DNA of 62,917 bases, filler included, from Reticulomyxa filosa (Eukaryota > Protista > Foraminifera), in NCBI GenBank assembly GCA_000512085.1. It is 17 parts of 17 records of this genome, joined end to end, with 100 filler letters (N's around TTAATTAATTAA, not from the genome) between each part and the next. Parts side by side here need not be neighbours in the genome. Positions count along the whole stretch, not along the records: positions 1 to 13,673 come from ASPP01000152.1; positions 13,774 to 16,794 come from ASPP01033042.1; positions 16,895 to 19,733 come from ASPP01017982.1; positions 19,834 to 26,574 come from ASPP01049650.1; 13 more parts are not named here. One strand, given 5' to 3'. Positions 12,049 through 24,703 of the stretch are shown in pieces. The notes under the pieces are model-generated. The model was not told the origin of the DNA. It saw only the letters and a list, made by a program, of their open reading frames with translations, and did not search any database. The translations under genes and the position numbers were made by a program. The first letter of the stretch is position 1. Every line of letters begins with the position of its first letter.

Positions 12049-13673
12049 GTCAAAATCGCATACAATTTGCCCTGTTCAAAAATCTGTGCACAAAACTTTC
12101 GGTCTAGTTTTAAAAACAAGTTTCAATAATAGGCTAAACCTCGGATTAACTTTTCAACTTGTGTTCAATAGCAGAATAATTTATCTGCCAACATATTTTT
12201 TTTGTTAAGAAAACAAATATTTGTGCACTTGAAGGCCATTACTCGAACTTAGCTTTTGAAAATACAGTCCCAAAATCTACAAACACATTTAAATGTCAAA
12301 ACGCCAGATGTTAAGGAATCAATAAGAAGCTGGATAATATTTTGGTTGTAGACAATATGAATAAGTAGTTCTTCTTTCTGGTCATGAATCGACACCATTA
12401 TATATGTAACATTTCGAAGAAGGACATTTTTAGTGATTTATCAATTTATCACACAACATGATGAAGAGAGGTAGAAACATCACATATTATGGCACTCACA
12501 ATAATGAGACCTTCACTTTTTGCTATGTTGAATTTTTTCTTTAAGTTTTTGTTAAATTATACTTTTTATTTTATGTCATTAAATTGTAATTCATGTTGTA
12601 TGTGTGATATTGACAAGTTGTTTTGGTTTGTTTTTTTTAATTGTGACATGTTATTTTTGGATAAGATGGGCTAACCTGATTTGCAAGTTTAGTGCTTATA
12701 TGAGCATTGTATTAAAAAAAATACACAATAGGATTGCTACTGATCCAAAAGACTAGTACGTACACTTGCAAAATTTCAATTTTGCAAATGTATAGATACT
12801 CTTAAGGTTAATCAAGGTTCTATATTATCACACAGCATCAAGTTTCCAGTAAAAGAGTTACTATTGATGATACTGTTGCAAATTTAAGTTATTTACATAT
12901 TTATTGTTATGTTTTTACGAGCAATTTTTTATTCATGTAATTTTTTGTGACAACTATAAAATATTTTATAGTTTGATTAATTTTTAGCAATTTGGCTATT
13001 ATTTTGACTATGTTTTGCACGTTTGTCAGTACAAGAATTTGATAGTTTTCTCTTTTTTTGTTAAATCATGTCTATTGATATCAAAGCATTTCTATGATTC
13101 AAATGTTTTGGATATTGTTAAAATTTAAACATTGGTTACACTGTTGTTACTCGCTATCCGCTACTGATTCCACAATCTACAGTTGCGTCAAAAAAATTAT
13201 TTTTTTTAGCAAGAATGAGATCTTATCCAAGTTAAATGAGCACATAGTCCCAAAAGGAACATAGTACTCTAATGAAAACAAACAAAAAAGGAAAAGATCA
13301 ATAAAATATATTAAAAACTCACACAATCAACAACAAGTGAAAAAAAATTTTAAGTTTTAATTTAATCTTTAAAATATCAAAAAAAAAACAAATAAATCTG
13401 GAATGGTCAGGGAGAATTACAGGAGCAATGCTAATGATTAACAGAATCATCTGAGCCTGTTTTCGAAGTGTTGAAGTTTCATTGAAATATTGAGATTCAA
13501 TTCACTTCTTTTAACAAATTAAAGCAAACTAAACAAAAAATAAAATTTAAACACTTATTAAAGAAAATCATGTGAATGTTTTTGATATTGCCATTTCGGC
13601 TTATTTAATAGCAAAGTTGCTCACTTTTATTCGACATTCTTTCTTGTTAATATTATTTTGTTTCGACTGTTCA

Positions 13674-13773
13674 NNNNNNNNNNNNNNNNNNNNNNNNNNN
13701 NNNNNNNNNNNNNNNNNTTAATTAATTAANNNNNNNNNNNNNNNNNNNNNNNNNNNNNNNNNNNNNNNNNNNN
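13674..13773. other. Artificial contig linker N44-TTAATTAATTAA-N44 (first of 16)
   Basis: Identical 100-nt linkers start at 13674, 16795, 19734, 26575, 33559, 36262, 37362, 41601, 44521, 47046, 48888, 52995, 56117, 57299, 59080 and 60923. The core has stop codons in all six frames. Confidence 0.98.
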
Positions 13774-15307
13774 TAATAATAATAATAATAATAACAATAA
13801 TAATAATAATAATAATAGTAATAATATAAGCAACGAAAGTTTGAATGATAAGAAAATCGCTAACAACGACATTGAAACAATGCAAAACAAAGTGAAACAA
13901 GAGATATTGGAATGGATCAGCGGCAGTATATTGACGGCGACCAGCATGGTGACGGACGACAACAAAGACGAACCGGTGCAACAGTTTCTAGCAAAAATGG
14001 ACAATTTCATGGAAGACTTGCAATTGGTGACCACACATATCCATCCTTGCTTCCCTCCCAAATACAAGATCCTGCCTTTTTATATCGACAACTATCTGAA
14101 GATCCTGACGGCGCCCTTGATGAATCGTCTGGACGCAAACATGGTGAAGACCCAAGAGCGACTCAGCATTGTGTCTTGGATCGACCGCTTCACGCGCAAA
14201 ATCGAAGATCTGAGGAGCAAGCGCAGCCTGGTCGTCGGCGACGAGGAGGACACTCGGGGTCAGGAGGTGCTCGGCCATTTGAGCGATCAAAAGGAAGCCT
14301 TACTGCGATCATACGTGGACACGTGTGCGGAAAAGATCCAAACCTGGGTGGACAACATTTTGGACGAGGAAATGAAAACGTGCAAAGAGGTGATGGTAAA
14401 TGATGTCCCACATACGCACATGCCGCAGGACTTGTTCACCACTTTGAACCATCAGTTTGACACGGCACAAGAAAAGCTCAAGGGACATGCCCTCGTTCAA
14501 GTGCTGCAAATGATCTTGAAGTGCATGGATGGCTTTCGACAAAAGCTCCAACAGCGTGTGGACGAAAAGTGGAAGAATTGGAGTGATTTGTATTTGTGTG
14601 CACTTATCAATAGTTGTCACGATATCAGCGAAAAGCTGAAGGAACGCATGGATGTATTCCTCTTGGATGACAATGCTGAATTGTACAATTTGGAACATGG
14701 AGATAAAGAAAAATTATACGATGATTACGATAGCAAACTCTGTGCGTTCACCAATTTGGCCACGCTTTGTGTTCGGTATGTCGTGCAATTGATGATGGAC
14801 CAAACCATCAAACCCAAACTCTTTGATACCTATTTCACCAAAGAATGGTTTGAGTCTCCTGAGCTGATCCAAAGTTGGGAAAAAACTTTGGATGAGTTCT
14901 TCCAAGATTACGAAAAATGGATGTGCGAACGCTACTTCTTTCAAAATATCTTTGTCAAAGTTTCCTGTGTGGAAATGGTGGAGGAATACTTGGTCACCAT
15001 GGCCCGTAAAAAACCAAAGTACTCAGCACAGGAATTAACCGAACGCATTCAATTGGATTCACAAGTTATGGACGCGTTTTACAAAAAATGGGACATGGAC
15101 TTGAAAGAATCTCTCATGAAAATTCAACATGTCACTGTCTTACTGCAAGCTGACAGCGGCTTTCGCGCGGTCTTCGAACAAAACATTCGTGATATGCGCA
15201 ATGGAAAAGAAATCATGGAATTCATTGACACTTTTCGTCCCTCAGAAGGCGCCTTGGGAGGTCTTGACAAAATTTTCATTTCTCAAATCATTCGAAAAGC
15301 AAAGTAA
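13774..15307 (+). CDS. SEC6: Exocyst subunit Sec6/EXOC3 (5'-truncated by contig end)
   Basis: DLQLVTTHIHPCFPPKYKILPFY, LSIVSWI, HTHMPQDLFTTLNHQ and YLCALINSC are characteristic of the Sec6 domain; 488-aa helical ORF. Confidence 0.8.
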
Positions 15308-16038
15308 TTTGTTGTTTTTGCTGTTGTTGTACTTTCTCTTTATATTCTTGGATACTCTTTTTCCTTCGCATGTGCAGTTTTTGATCATTTCAGCATTGAT
15401 CAACAATTTATTCTTTCTCTTAGATGCCGGCTGGGGATGTCAAACAAGTTTTATTTAATGATCCGCATATTTGTATCTGTGCCAAATATAAAAATAAAAT
15501 TACACTGATATCATATTAACTTTTTAAACCAGTTTTAAATGGTTAGTGTTTATTACAACAAGAGATCGGAAGTTCCTTCTTTTTAAGCTTCGGATAATTG
15601 ATTTCAATGACTCAAGAGATTCCAGAAAAGAAAGAACTAGATAACCCGTGCACATTGACTATTGAAAAAATGGGGGATGGTGATGTGACAGAGCTAATTT
15701 TAGATAAATCTATATTTGGAGTTTGTACATCTATTATACCGAGCATTGGCAAAAAATGAACAACGCAAAAAAGTTACAGTTGAAATTTACGAAAAAAACA
15801 AAGACCAGTATCACCAGGTATGTACAAATTTCATGGACAGGATTTGGGATCTCTATAAACTGTACACTTAATGCAACTATTATTTGGTCTTTTTTTGCAT
15901 ATTTGAGAAAAACAAGACTACTTTCATGAATGATAAAATAAATATTTTCTCATTCCGTTCCACTTATGGGAAAAAGAGACAAATAAATTTAAAATTAAAA
16001 AGTATGCTGACTTTTGTCAAATGTTACAAAGGTTCGTA

Positions 16039-16794
16039 TTATTTCATAAATACTTTGGCCTTGCATAATAATGTTGATCGAGCGGGGTCGTGTTTGTCAA
16101 TTTGAACAATTCCTGGAAAAGATAAATACATATCGGTGTCGTTGGTGTCTGCCTTGTGTTCAAATTCAAACCATTCAATGATAAATTCTTGTGGAGTATT
16201 ATCTTGATTGGAATGGAATTCCAAAGGATAAAGTAACACAGTTTTTTCATTGGTCTCCATGCACAAAAGACACCATATTACTTCACAACACTTTGCGATG
16301 AAGGCCTTGGTCACACTTGTCACTTCTTCGTTTCTATGAGTATCAACTGTATTCCTTATTGTCAGGATATTAAAAAAAAAAAAAGATCAACGAAACTGTT
16401 TGATGATATCAACGTAATCGAAATAGGTAGATAGAACATCATCATAAATTTGATTGACGATATTTTGACATAAAGAGAACGACGCATCCTCATTTTCAGC
16501 ATGCTTGGAACAATGTTTTTCAAATGCGACAAAAGTCATATATTTTTGATTGTCTCTCTCAACTCGATCATAGGCCTTTTTTTTTTTGTTGACTGCTGCA
16601 TTACCTTTCTTAAAAAAAACTTTATAAAAAAAAAAATACCTTTAAAACGTTCGCCTTTTCGCAAACCATATAATAATAACAAGAGATGACTGTTTGAAAT
16701 ATGACTTCTTTTGCCAGTGTTACATTCTTGCCTGGTACTGTTTGAATCCACTCTTCCAATGCCTATTTTGTCAAAAAAAAAAAAAATGCAAAGC
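16039..16794 (-). CDS. Hypothetical protein, 3' part; C-terminus weakly resembles the MIEAP/SPATA18 C-terminal domain
   Basis: Last exon FIAKCCEVIWCLLC..P..F..H..YLSFPG..LLCKAKV; upstream open exon at about 16390-16575. Confidence 0.35.
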
Positions 16795-16959
16795 NNNNNN
16801 NNNNNNNNNNNNNNNNNNNNNNNNNNNNNNNNNNNNNNTTAATTAATTAANNNNNNNNNNNNNNNNNNNNNNNNNNNNNNNNNNNNNNNNNNNNTTTTTT
16901 TTTTTTTTTCTCCTTTTGCAAAAAAATAAATAAAAATAAAAGAACGAGATAATGGCCCC

Positions 16960-19645
16960 CGCTACGGATATGATGACGAATTGAATACAAGCCGTGGAAA
17001 AGGAAAGATTCGATTTATTGGACAAGTGCACTTTGATGAAAAGGAAATCTACTACGGGGTGGAACTGTTAGATAAAATGGGAAAGAATAGTGGATATCAT
17101 CAAAACGTGCATTATTTCAACTGCGCTCACTTTCGAGGGATTTTCATGACGGAAAAGGACATTTTGTCTCACAATCCAAACAAGCCCGTTGGGTCTACAA
17201 ACTTTGCAGACAGCAGCGGCAGCAACATATCCAAGGAAGGAGAACGGGGGAGCTGTCGTCGAAAAAGAAAAAGCAGCAGAAGGGGGAGAAGAAAAAAAAA
17301 AGAAAAAAGAAAAAAAGAACAAGTATTTGGAAAATGCAGAGGAACATCACTCGTCAGAAAGCGAAGCCTCCAGCTCGAGTGACGAAAATGGACAACATGA
17401 CAAGTCCAACGACGAACAAGATGATGCTGATAATGATAATGACAATGACAATGACAATGACAATGACAATGACGATCAAGCTCATTACATTGACAGTGAT
17501 AGTGATGATGATAAGGATTTCAATAGCGAAATGGAAGAAAAGGAATTTACAAAGCGAAATAGTAAATACGCTATTCCAGAAAGATTGAAAAAAGCGTCCT
17601 TTGCTCATCAATTCCAAAGAGGTATTTAAAAAAATATATATATATTCTATTCCCCTTCCTCCTTTAACAAACTTTCTCCTTGCACCACACGTTGCAAACA
17701 TTACAGTGAAAGTATTGGACAAAGCTCAGTTTTTTACTGAACAAATTGAAAAATCAGTTATTGTTGAGAGGAAAAAAATTTATATATGCATATACATATA
17801 TGTATGTATATTATTTAGTTTTGTTTTACAAAAAATGAATTGGAATACTGTGGATTATATACATAAATATGTTTATGTATATTGTATATTGTATATTGTA
17901 TATTGTATATAGAGAGCAGGCATGGCGACGATGCCATTGGATCGCCTCAATGAGTTGGCACGTATTCGTGGACGTCCAACACAACAAGAGAATGCAAGTG
18001 GACAATCAACCCCGACGTCAGGCAATTTCAATGGGAGTAGCGTCTCCCCAAGCGCGCGCATGTCCGTACCGAAGCCGGTGCAAAAGATCACACAAAAGCC
18101 GATACAAATGCCGAGGGCAGTGTCACTCACGACCTCCGGCACACCTGTTAGCAGTAGCTCAACTCCGAAGGCGAATACACGAAGCACAAGCCAAGTCACT
18201 CTTTCTATCTATCAAAAGTTAACGTACATTTTACGCTCTTTTTTTTTTTGTTGTCATTGCATGTTATGTAGATGAAATAGTGCATTAATTTGCTTTGGAA
18301 CAAAAATGATGTTAGACATCCCAAAGAATGGAGTGTATCGGACGTGGGCAGATTTTTGAGTGATCCAACGAGCGTCGGAGGCGTTGGCTTGCAACGTGAC
18401 ATAATAAGCATCTTCGAGGACGAGTTTGTGAATGGTGAGGCCTTGTTGCAATTGTCTCAAGAGGACTTGAGAGCAATGGGAGTCAAAATGGGTCCAATCA
18501 AGCTGATTCTGGATCATCTTAAAAAAGTGGTGGACGCGATTGAAACTCAGTCACAGTCGACCAAAGTCCCTGAAACTGCGAGTCAGGCATCACCATCATC
18601 ATTATCAACACCAACACCAACACCAATACCAACACCAACGCAACCTGTTCAACACACTCCCACTTCGAATCCTCAGCCCGCTGTTGTCAACACTTTACCG
18701 TCGTCTTCGACCACCACTTCACTCGATAAGGTGGAGTCGGAAGCAAAAAAGGAACCCGCACCTCCCGCGCAAGCAAATCAAAAGGAGGAACTCATCGAAC
18801 AAAAGGAACATTCAAGTGAACCACCCAGTGCAACGACCAACAATGTCGAACAAGTCAAAGCTGCCAATGCAACTGATCCAATCGCGTCACAAGTGTCGGA
18901 CAAGGTAGAACAAGTCACTCCTGCTGAACCCCCATTATCAACGCCATCGGCGAATTCGGAAAAAGCGACGAGCGATATCGACACCAAGTCGACCAAACAA
19001 GACCTGGAAAATACAACGAAAGATGAAGTGGTGCTATCATTGCCAGAGACAGTGCAAAAAAATAGCAGCTCGGAGCCTACCGCAGACGCGAACTTGTCTT
19101 CCGTTCAAACCTCAAAGACAGAGGATCACACTAGTGTCGCCCCTGCAATATTGCCAACGGTGACAAGGGAAATTAATTTAGTGATTGCTATATCCGACCC
19201 ACCTATCAAAAAACCACAAGCGTTGGAAGTCCCAAGTTTCATACTATCATTTTTTGTTTTTGTTTTTTGTTTTTTGTTGTTGTTCGTAATTTCGTACTGC
19301 CTGTAGCTCAATTCAATATACAACATAATAACACATAGCAAACAGCCATGGTACAGCTAATGCTAATGCTAATACTAATACTAATGCTACTGCCAATACC
19401 AATGCAGACACGGATATAGCGGATCTGTTCGGAATGTCGTTAGAGCGACAGAAAGATCTAACCAAAAAGAACTCGAGTCCACCGACCTCACCCAAGAAGG
19501 CGTCGCCGGTGACACTACTGCAGTCAGGACCAACCGAACATGACAGCACAACAAAAACACCCTTTGCTGTGGAAGAGACATCGATCCCTCCTAAGCTTGA
19601 CCGACAAGTGTCCAACAAAGAAGGATGGGTCTTTAAGCCGTTACC
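16960..19645 (+). CDS. CAP-Gly + SAM domain protein, possibly starting a PH domain; partial, multi-exon
   Basis: GKIRFIGQVHF..YYGVELLDKMGKNSG..HYFNC..RGIF (CAP-Gly); HPKEWSVSDVGRFL..FEDEFVNGEALLQLSQEDLRAMGVKMGP (SAM); KEGWVFK just before the last intron. Probable homopolymer frameshift at about 17246-17250. Confidence 0.8.
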
Positions 19646-19702
19646 GGTTGTTTTATTATCATTACTTTTTTTATTTAATTTTTGTCTGATTACTAATTCA
19701 TT

Positions 19703-19733
<31 letters not shown>

Positions 19734-19833
19734 NNNNNNNNNNNNNNNNNNNNNNNNNNNNNNNNNNNNNNNNNNNNTTAATTAATTAANNNNNNNNNNN
19801 NNNNNNNNNNNNNNNNNNNNNNNNNNNNNNNNN

Positions 19834-20230
19834 TCATCATTATACTGATCTTCATCATTATACTGATCTTCATAATTATACTGATCTTCATCATTATAAT
19901 GATCTTCATCATGGTACTGGATCTCAGGTGGACCAATGCTGTAAATTTCGGGATATGGCTCTGAATATTCTTTGGGCATGGGCCTAGACTCAATACTAAT
20001 GTCCAGTATGAGGTCAAAGTCTGGACCAATGTCGATGTTTTGACCAATGTCGATGTCTTGACCAATGTCGATGTCGATGTCTTCAGGTTCCGGATCGGTT
20101 TTAGGTGTATCCGGCGCCTGTATTTCCCCATACTTATTCCGCTTAGGCTGGTCTTTCATTTGGTCTTGCGTTTTGTACTTTTTCTTTAAAATTACCTTTT
20201 CTTCAAGACATCTTTTTTTTTACCAGAAAG
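19834..20230 (-). CDS. Acidic repeat protein, 3'-truncated (DIDIGQ and YNDEDQ repeats)
   Basis: Open frame running into the linker, with 18-nt tandem repeats. Confidence 0.5.
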
Positions 20231-20493
20231 ATGCCTATTCCCCCTAAAAGTTTGTATTTTCAAATGAATTGTGGACGTGCAATTAATTCATATTTATGTT
20301 TTTATGAATGGAGACTTTGACAAAATTAAAACAGGATGTATTCATTGTAAGAATGAGTATAAAATGAAGATGATTACAATTAACATATCGCTTCATTCCA
20401 TCAATGATATATTGGACATTGTGAATGAAAAACGAAATAATCCATTAAAAAAAACAAATGTAAATTGTTGTTTGCCTAGGAAATAAAAAGTTT

Positions 20494-21010
20494 TTAAGAA
20501 CCAAAGTACGCCAATGGATCGAGGATCTCTTCCTTTTTTTTCCTCATTCTTTGTTTTCGTACCCGAGGTGCACCTTTCGGTTTACTTACACGTTTTAAGC
20601 ACGGTGCATGTCGTCTTCTCAAGCCGGGTCCCCACATGACAGAGGTTGTATCAGCAAACTGCATAACTTTTAAGTTTTCAAACACTATTTCTAAGCATCG
20701 ATTCCTCGCAGTGCTAAATCCTTTGACTTGCAAATGCACATACTCCACTTTTTCGTCTTTCAGATATTTTATTGCCAATTCAATCATATCTTGTACTTAA
20801 AAAGTTTGGTAGTAATTTTTTTGTGGCAAAAACAAAAGAGAGCTTGTTGATTTTCGTTAAGCCTTTAGAAAACGAGAACTGTGATCATTTTAAGAAAAGA
20901 GAAAGGGTTTGCCTCCTTGCTGTTTCTCACGGCTTTGCATTCACACCACAGAGTCTCTAAACACGTTCAAAACCTTTTGTATCATGAATGTGAAGAATGT
21001 CTTTAATTGC
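20494..21010 (-). CDS. Divergent uS11-like ribosomal protein (probably mitochondrial)
   Basis: VHLQVKGFSTARNRCLE..LKVMQFADTTSVMWGPGLRRR parallels the S11 pattern V.VKG.G.GR...I..I.D.T..PHNG.R. Upstream pieces IHDTKG and VRNSKEANPF. 5' structure unresolved. Confidence 0.45.
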
Positions 21011-21913
21011 TTATAACTTGATAGAACTTTTGATTGCAAAAATATTTGTATGGTTGTACAAACACTTTTTAGTTTTAGTTTTGCGTTAAAAAAAATATCG
21101 TCAAAAAGGTGCAATTTTACAATAGTATGTAGTTTGCATTTTTTTTAAAGTATATTGTCTTTATACTGATTTAAAAAGAAGTTTACTTATCTAGCCCAAC
21201 AACACTATACTAAATGAAAAAAACATTATCATAATATTTGTAAAATGATTTTACACCTTGAAATAATCAAGCAATGAGAAAACAAAAGTTTTTTCTTTAA
21301 GTATGGTTCATCAAGTCTATCTTTTTGTGAAATTTTGTTTAATCCTTCAAATGGATTTTTATAAGTTTGTTTTTTGGAAAAGTAAATACAACGAAAAAAA
21401 ACAAATGTTTGATTAATTTTTTTAAATATACAGTATTATAGCTTTTAGATTTTTTTCCTATCTGGCATATAGTCAATGTGCCGAGGTCACCGCAATCACT
21501 GTTTGATTCCTTATTTGAAATGATTGCGCTGAAAGATTTAAGTATAGTACAATGAAAAACATTTATGAATAAAGAATAAAACCATATAACGAAAAGTAGT
21601 AAGTTAAAAAATAAGCAAATGCATTTTAGATTCCTATATTCTTACAGAACTTCCTTGAAATTGTTAGCACCTTTAACATCCTCGAGGAAATAACGGGCAG
21701 ACCTTTCATTCTCACGCCTTGTTCCATCTATTTTGAGTTTCAATCAATATCAATTAAATTTTTCTTTTTGTTCGTAATTACCTTAGTTTTTGACAACAAA
21801 CGACCAGCCGAGCCTTTCTTAGATTTCGGTTTTGAAGAACAAAAAGAAACGGGCAAAGACCGTAACTTTTTTATTTTTAGGTTACATTACAATTTAAAAA
21901 TTAGTTTGTCACA

Positions 21914-24431
21914 ATGTTGCGAAGTTTAAAATTAGCAAGATTAAGAACACGCAAAGTCTGGGACTTTGGTCTGCAAACAAATATTCTAAGATTTTCCAGT
22001 GCAGCGCTTGCAAACGTCAGTGAGCGTTTTTTTTCCACTCCTTTTCCTTCTCACTTCCTTTTCTTCACTTTTGCTATGAAAACACTTTTCGTACAATATT
22101 AACAATAGCCTCCAACAGCAAGTCACAAGTCATTGCGCAAGCGTAGTTTAGTCTCATTAGGACTAGGTGACATTGCTCCGACCCCTTTTTCAACCTGCTA
22201 TTGGAACCTACCATACGGAGAGCTTGCTGATCATGAGGCCAAATCGTTAGAAGGAGTGTTTGCATCGTTAAGAGAGCAACCAAACAAAGAAAATACTTTT
22301 ATCTTGCTTTTTTTTCCCCCCCCCTCTTGTCGAAGGAAAAAATAAAGACTCAACTGAATAATAATAAAAATAAAAAATTATTATGCAAACAAATCGGAAC
22401 TGATCTAGTAATGGGGCGTACGTAGTGGACACAGGAAAGTTTACAGGGAGATCACCTCAAGACAAATACGTGGTAAAGCAAGATCCTTCCTCAGGAAATA
22501 TTTGGTGGGGTAACATAAACCAGCCAATGGATCCCAAAGTCTTTGATATATTGCACGAAAAAGTTACTTTGCAAAAAAAAAAAAAAAAAAATTTCCAAAG
22601 GGAACAAAAAAAATACCTTTTTGCACACACACACATGACACTTATGTAATTGTACACAAGATCATACAAATACATTAAATGTGCCATAAATAACTCGGAT
22701 CCTTTTTTTTTGTTGTTGTTGTCGTTGTTGTTGCAAAAAGGCGTTTAAGTACTACCGCAATGAAGTGAATGAAGTATACGTATTGGATGGTTTTTGTGGT
22801 GCTCATAAAAAATCGCGTCGCCATGTTCGCTTTGTCACAGAAAAAGCATGGTATTAGTTTTTTTTTTTTTTTTTTTTGTGAATGGAAATGTATTATAAGT
22901 AAAGTCGTGACTTTGCTTGTGGAGAGAGGATTGACCGAACAAACGTTTTGCGTGTACTTAAAAAAAAAATTATAAAGGCATCATCACTTTGTGAAAAACA
23001 TGTTCATTCGGCCGAATGATTCTGATACGACAGACAAAAAGCCTGATTTTACAGTATTCAACTGTTGGAATATGGTCGACGAAGATTGGAAGAAACATGG
23101 GTATGTACATAAGAAGAGAGTGCTAAAGGGGGGGGGGGGGGGCAGCACCAAAAAAACAAAACAAAAAAAAGATGACAATTTCGGAACATAGATTGCTCAA
23201 ATAAAAAAATAAAAAAAATAAATAAATAAAAAAATTGTAAAATGAATGACATAAAAATAGGTTGAACTCCGAAGTGTTTGTGACATTCAATCTTGAAAAA
23301 AAAATCGCATTGATAGGCGGCGCGTGGTATGGTGGTGAAATGAAGAAAGGAATATTTTCAATGATGCACTATTGGCTCCCAATGGAACATTGCCTATCGA
23401 TGCATTGCAGTGCAAACATAGGCGAAAAAGGGGACACGTGTTTGTTCTTTGGACTAAGTGGAACCGGTAAGACGACATTGTCGACAGATCCAAAGCGTAG
23501 ACTGATCGGTGATGACGAGCACGGCTGGGACGATGAAGGGATATTCAATTTCGAAGGCGGTTGCTACGCGAAGACTAGTAAATTATCCAGATCGACCGAG
23601 CCCGAGATTTATGATGCCATTCGATTCAACTCATTATTAGAAAATGTTTGGGTTGATCCTTTGACTAGAGACCCAGACTACTTCAACTTGTCAATCACGG
23701 AGAACGGTCGTGTGTCGTACCCAATCGAACATATCCAAAATCGTGAGCCCTCGCTGAGTGGTAATCATCCCAATTATATTATATTCTTATGCGCTGATGC
23801 CTTTGGTGTACTCCCGCCCATTGCGAAATTGTCGCCTGGACAGGCCATGTATCATTTCGTTAGTGGATACACCGCCAAAGTCGCCGGAACGGAAAGAGGC
23901 ATCAAAGAACCTGTTCCAAACTTCTCTTCCTGCTATGGCGCTGCGTTTTTGACTTTGCATCCTTTGGAGTACGCCAAACTGTTGAAAGAAAAATTGGAGA
24001 AACACAAAGCCGATTGCTATTTAGTCAACACAGGCTGGACTGGTGGGCCTTATGGAGTCGGTCAGAGAATGGGCATTAAAGATACACGTGCTTGCTTGGA
24101 CGCCATTTTTGATGGTAGCATCAAAAAAAGCAAATTCCGAAAAGATGACACCTTTTTGTTTGAAGTGCCAGAATCCTTATCAGGGGTTGATCCCAAAATA
24201 TTGAATCCTAAAAACACTTGGACGGTTTGTTTTTGTTTTTTCCCTCCTCCTATTCACATTCTCTTTTTACAGTTGGAGCAAAATGCTATATACATTGATG
24301 GTTGAAACTTTCAATAGGACAAGGAAAAATACGATCAAGAATACAAAAAATTGGCAAAACGATTCGCAGACAATATCGCATTGTATGCGCAAGGAAATGT
24401 TAATCAATATAAAGGATGTGGACCCATTTAA
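21914..24431 (+). CDS. pckA: Phosphoenolpyruvate carboxykinase (ATP), multi-exon
   Basis: [81 protein letters not shown]; last exon [19 protein letters not shown]. Confidence 0.97.
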
Positions 24432-24703
24432 ATAGAATAAGCTTTTGCTGTTTCATATCAATCATTTTGTGTAGGGTCAGGGGGGTTATTTTATTTTTTG
24501 TTTTTTTTTCGTTTGTGTGCTGTAGAAAGGCCAGAGTTGTGTGTGGGTGCGTTATGTGCCCAAACAATAAAAAAGGGAAATACTGTTGCCTATCTTCGAT
24601 TTCGAAATACCTTGTTAAATTGTTATTGAACATTGCTTTTCACAACGTCTCTCTTATCAACCAAGCTGTGCCAATAAGTGCAATTTAAATTTTTTGCAAA
24701 AAT

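Noticed and set aside
13718-13729. Recurring TTAATTAATTAA as a biological motif or CRISPR-like repeat
   Set aside because: Always centred in an identical N-padded 100-nt block; it is an artificial six-frame-stop linker.
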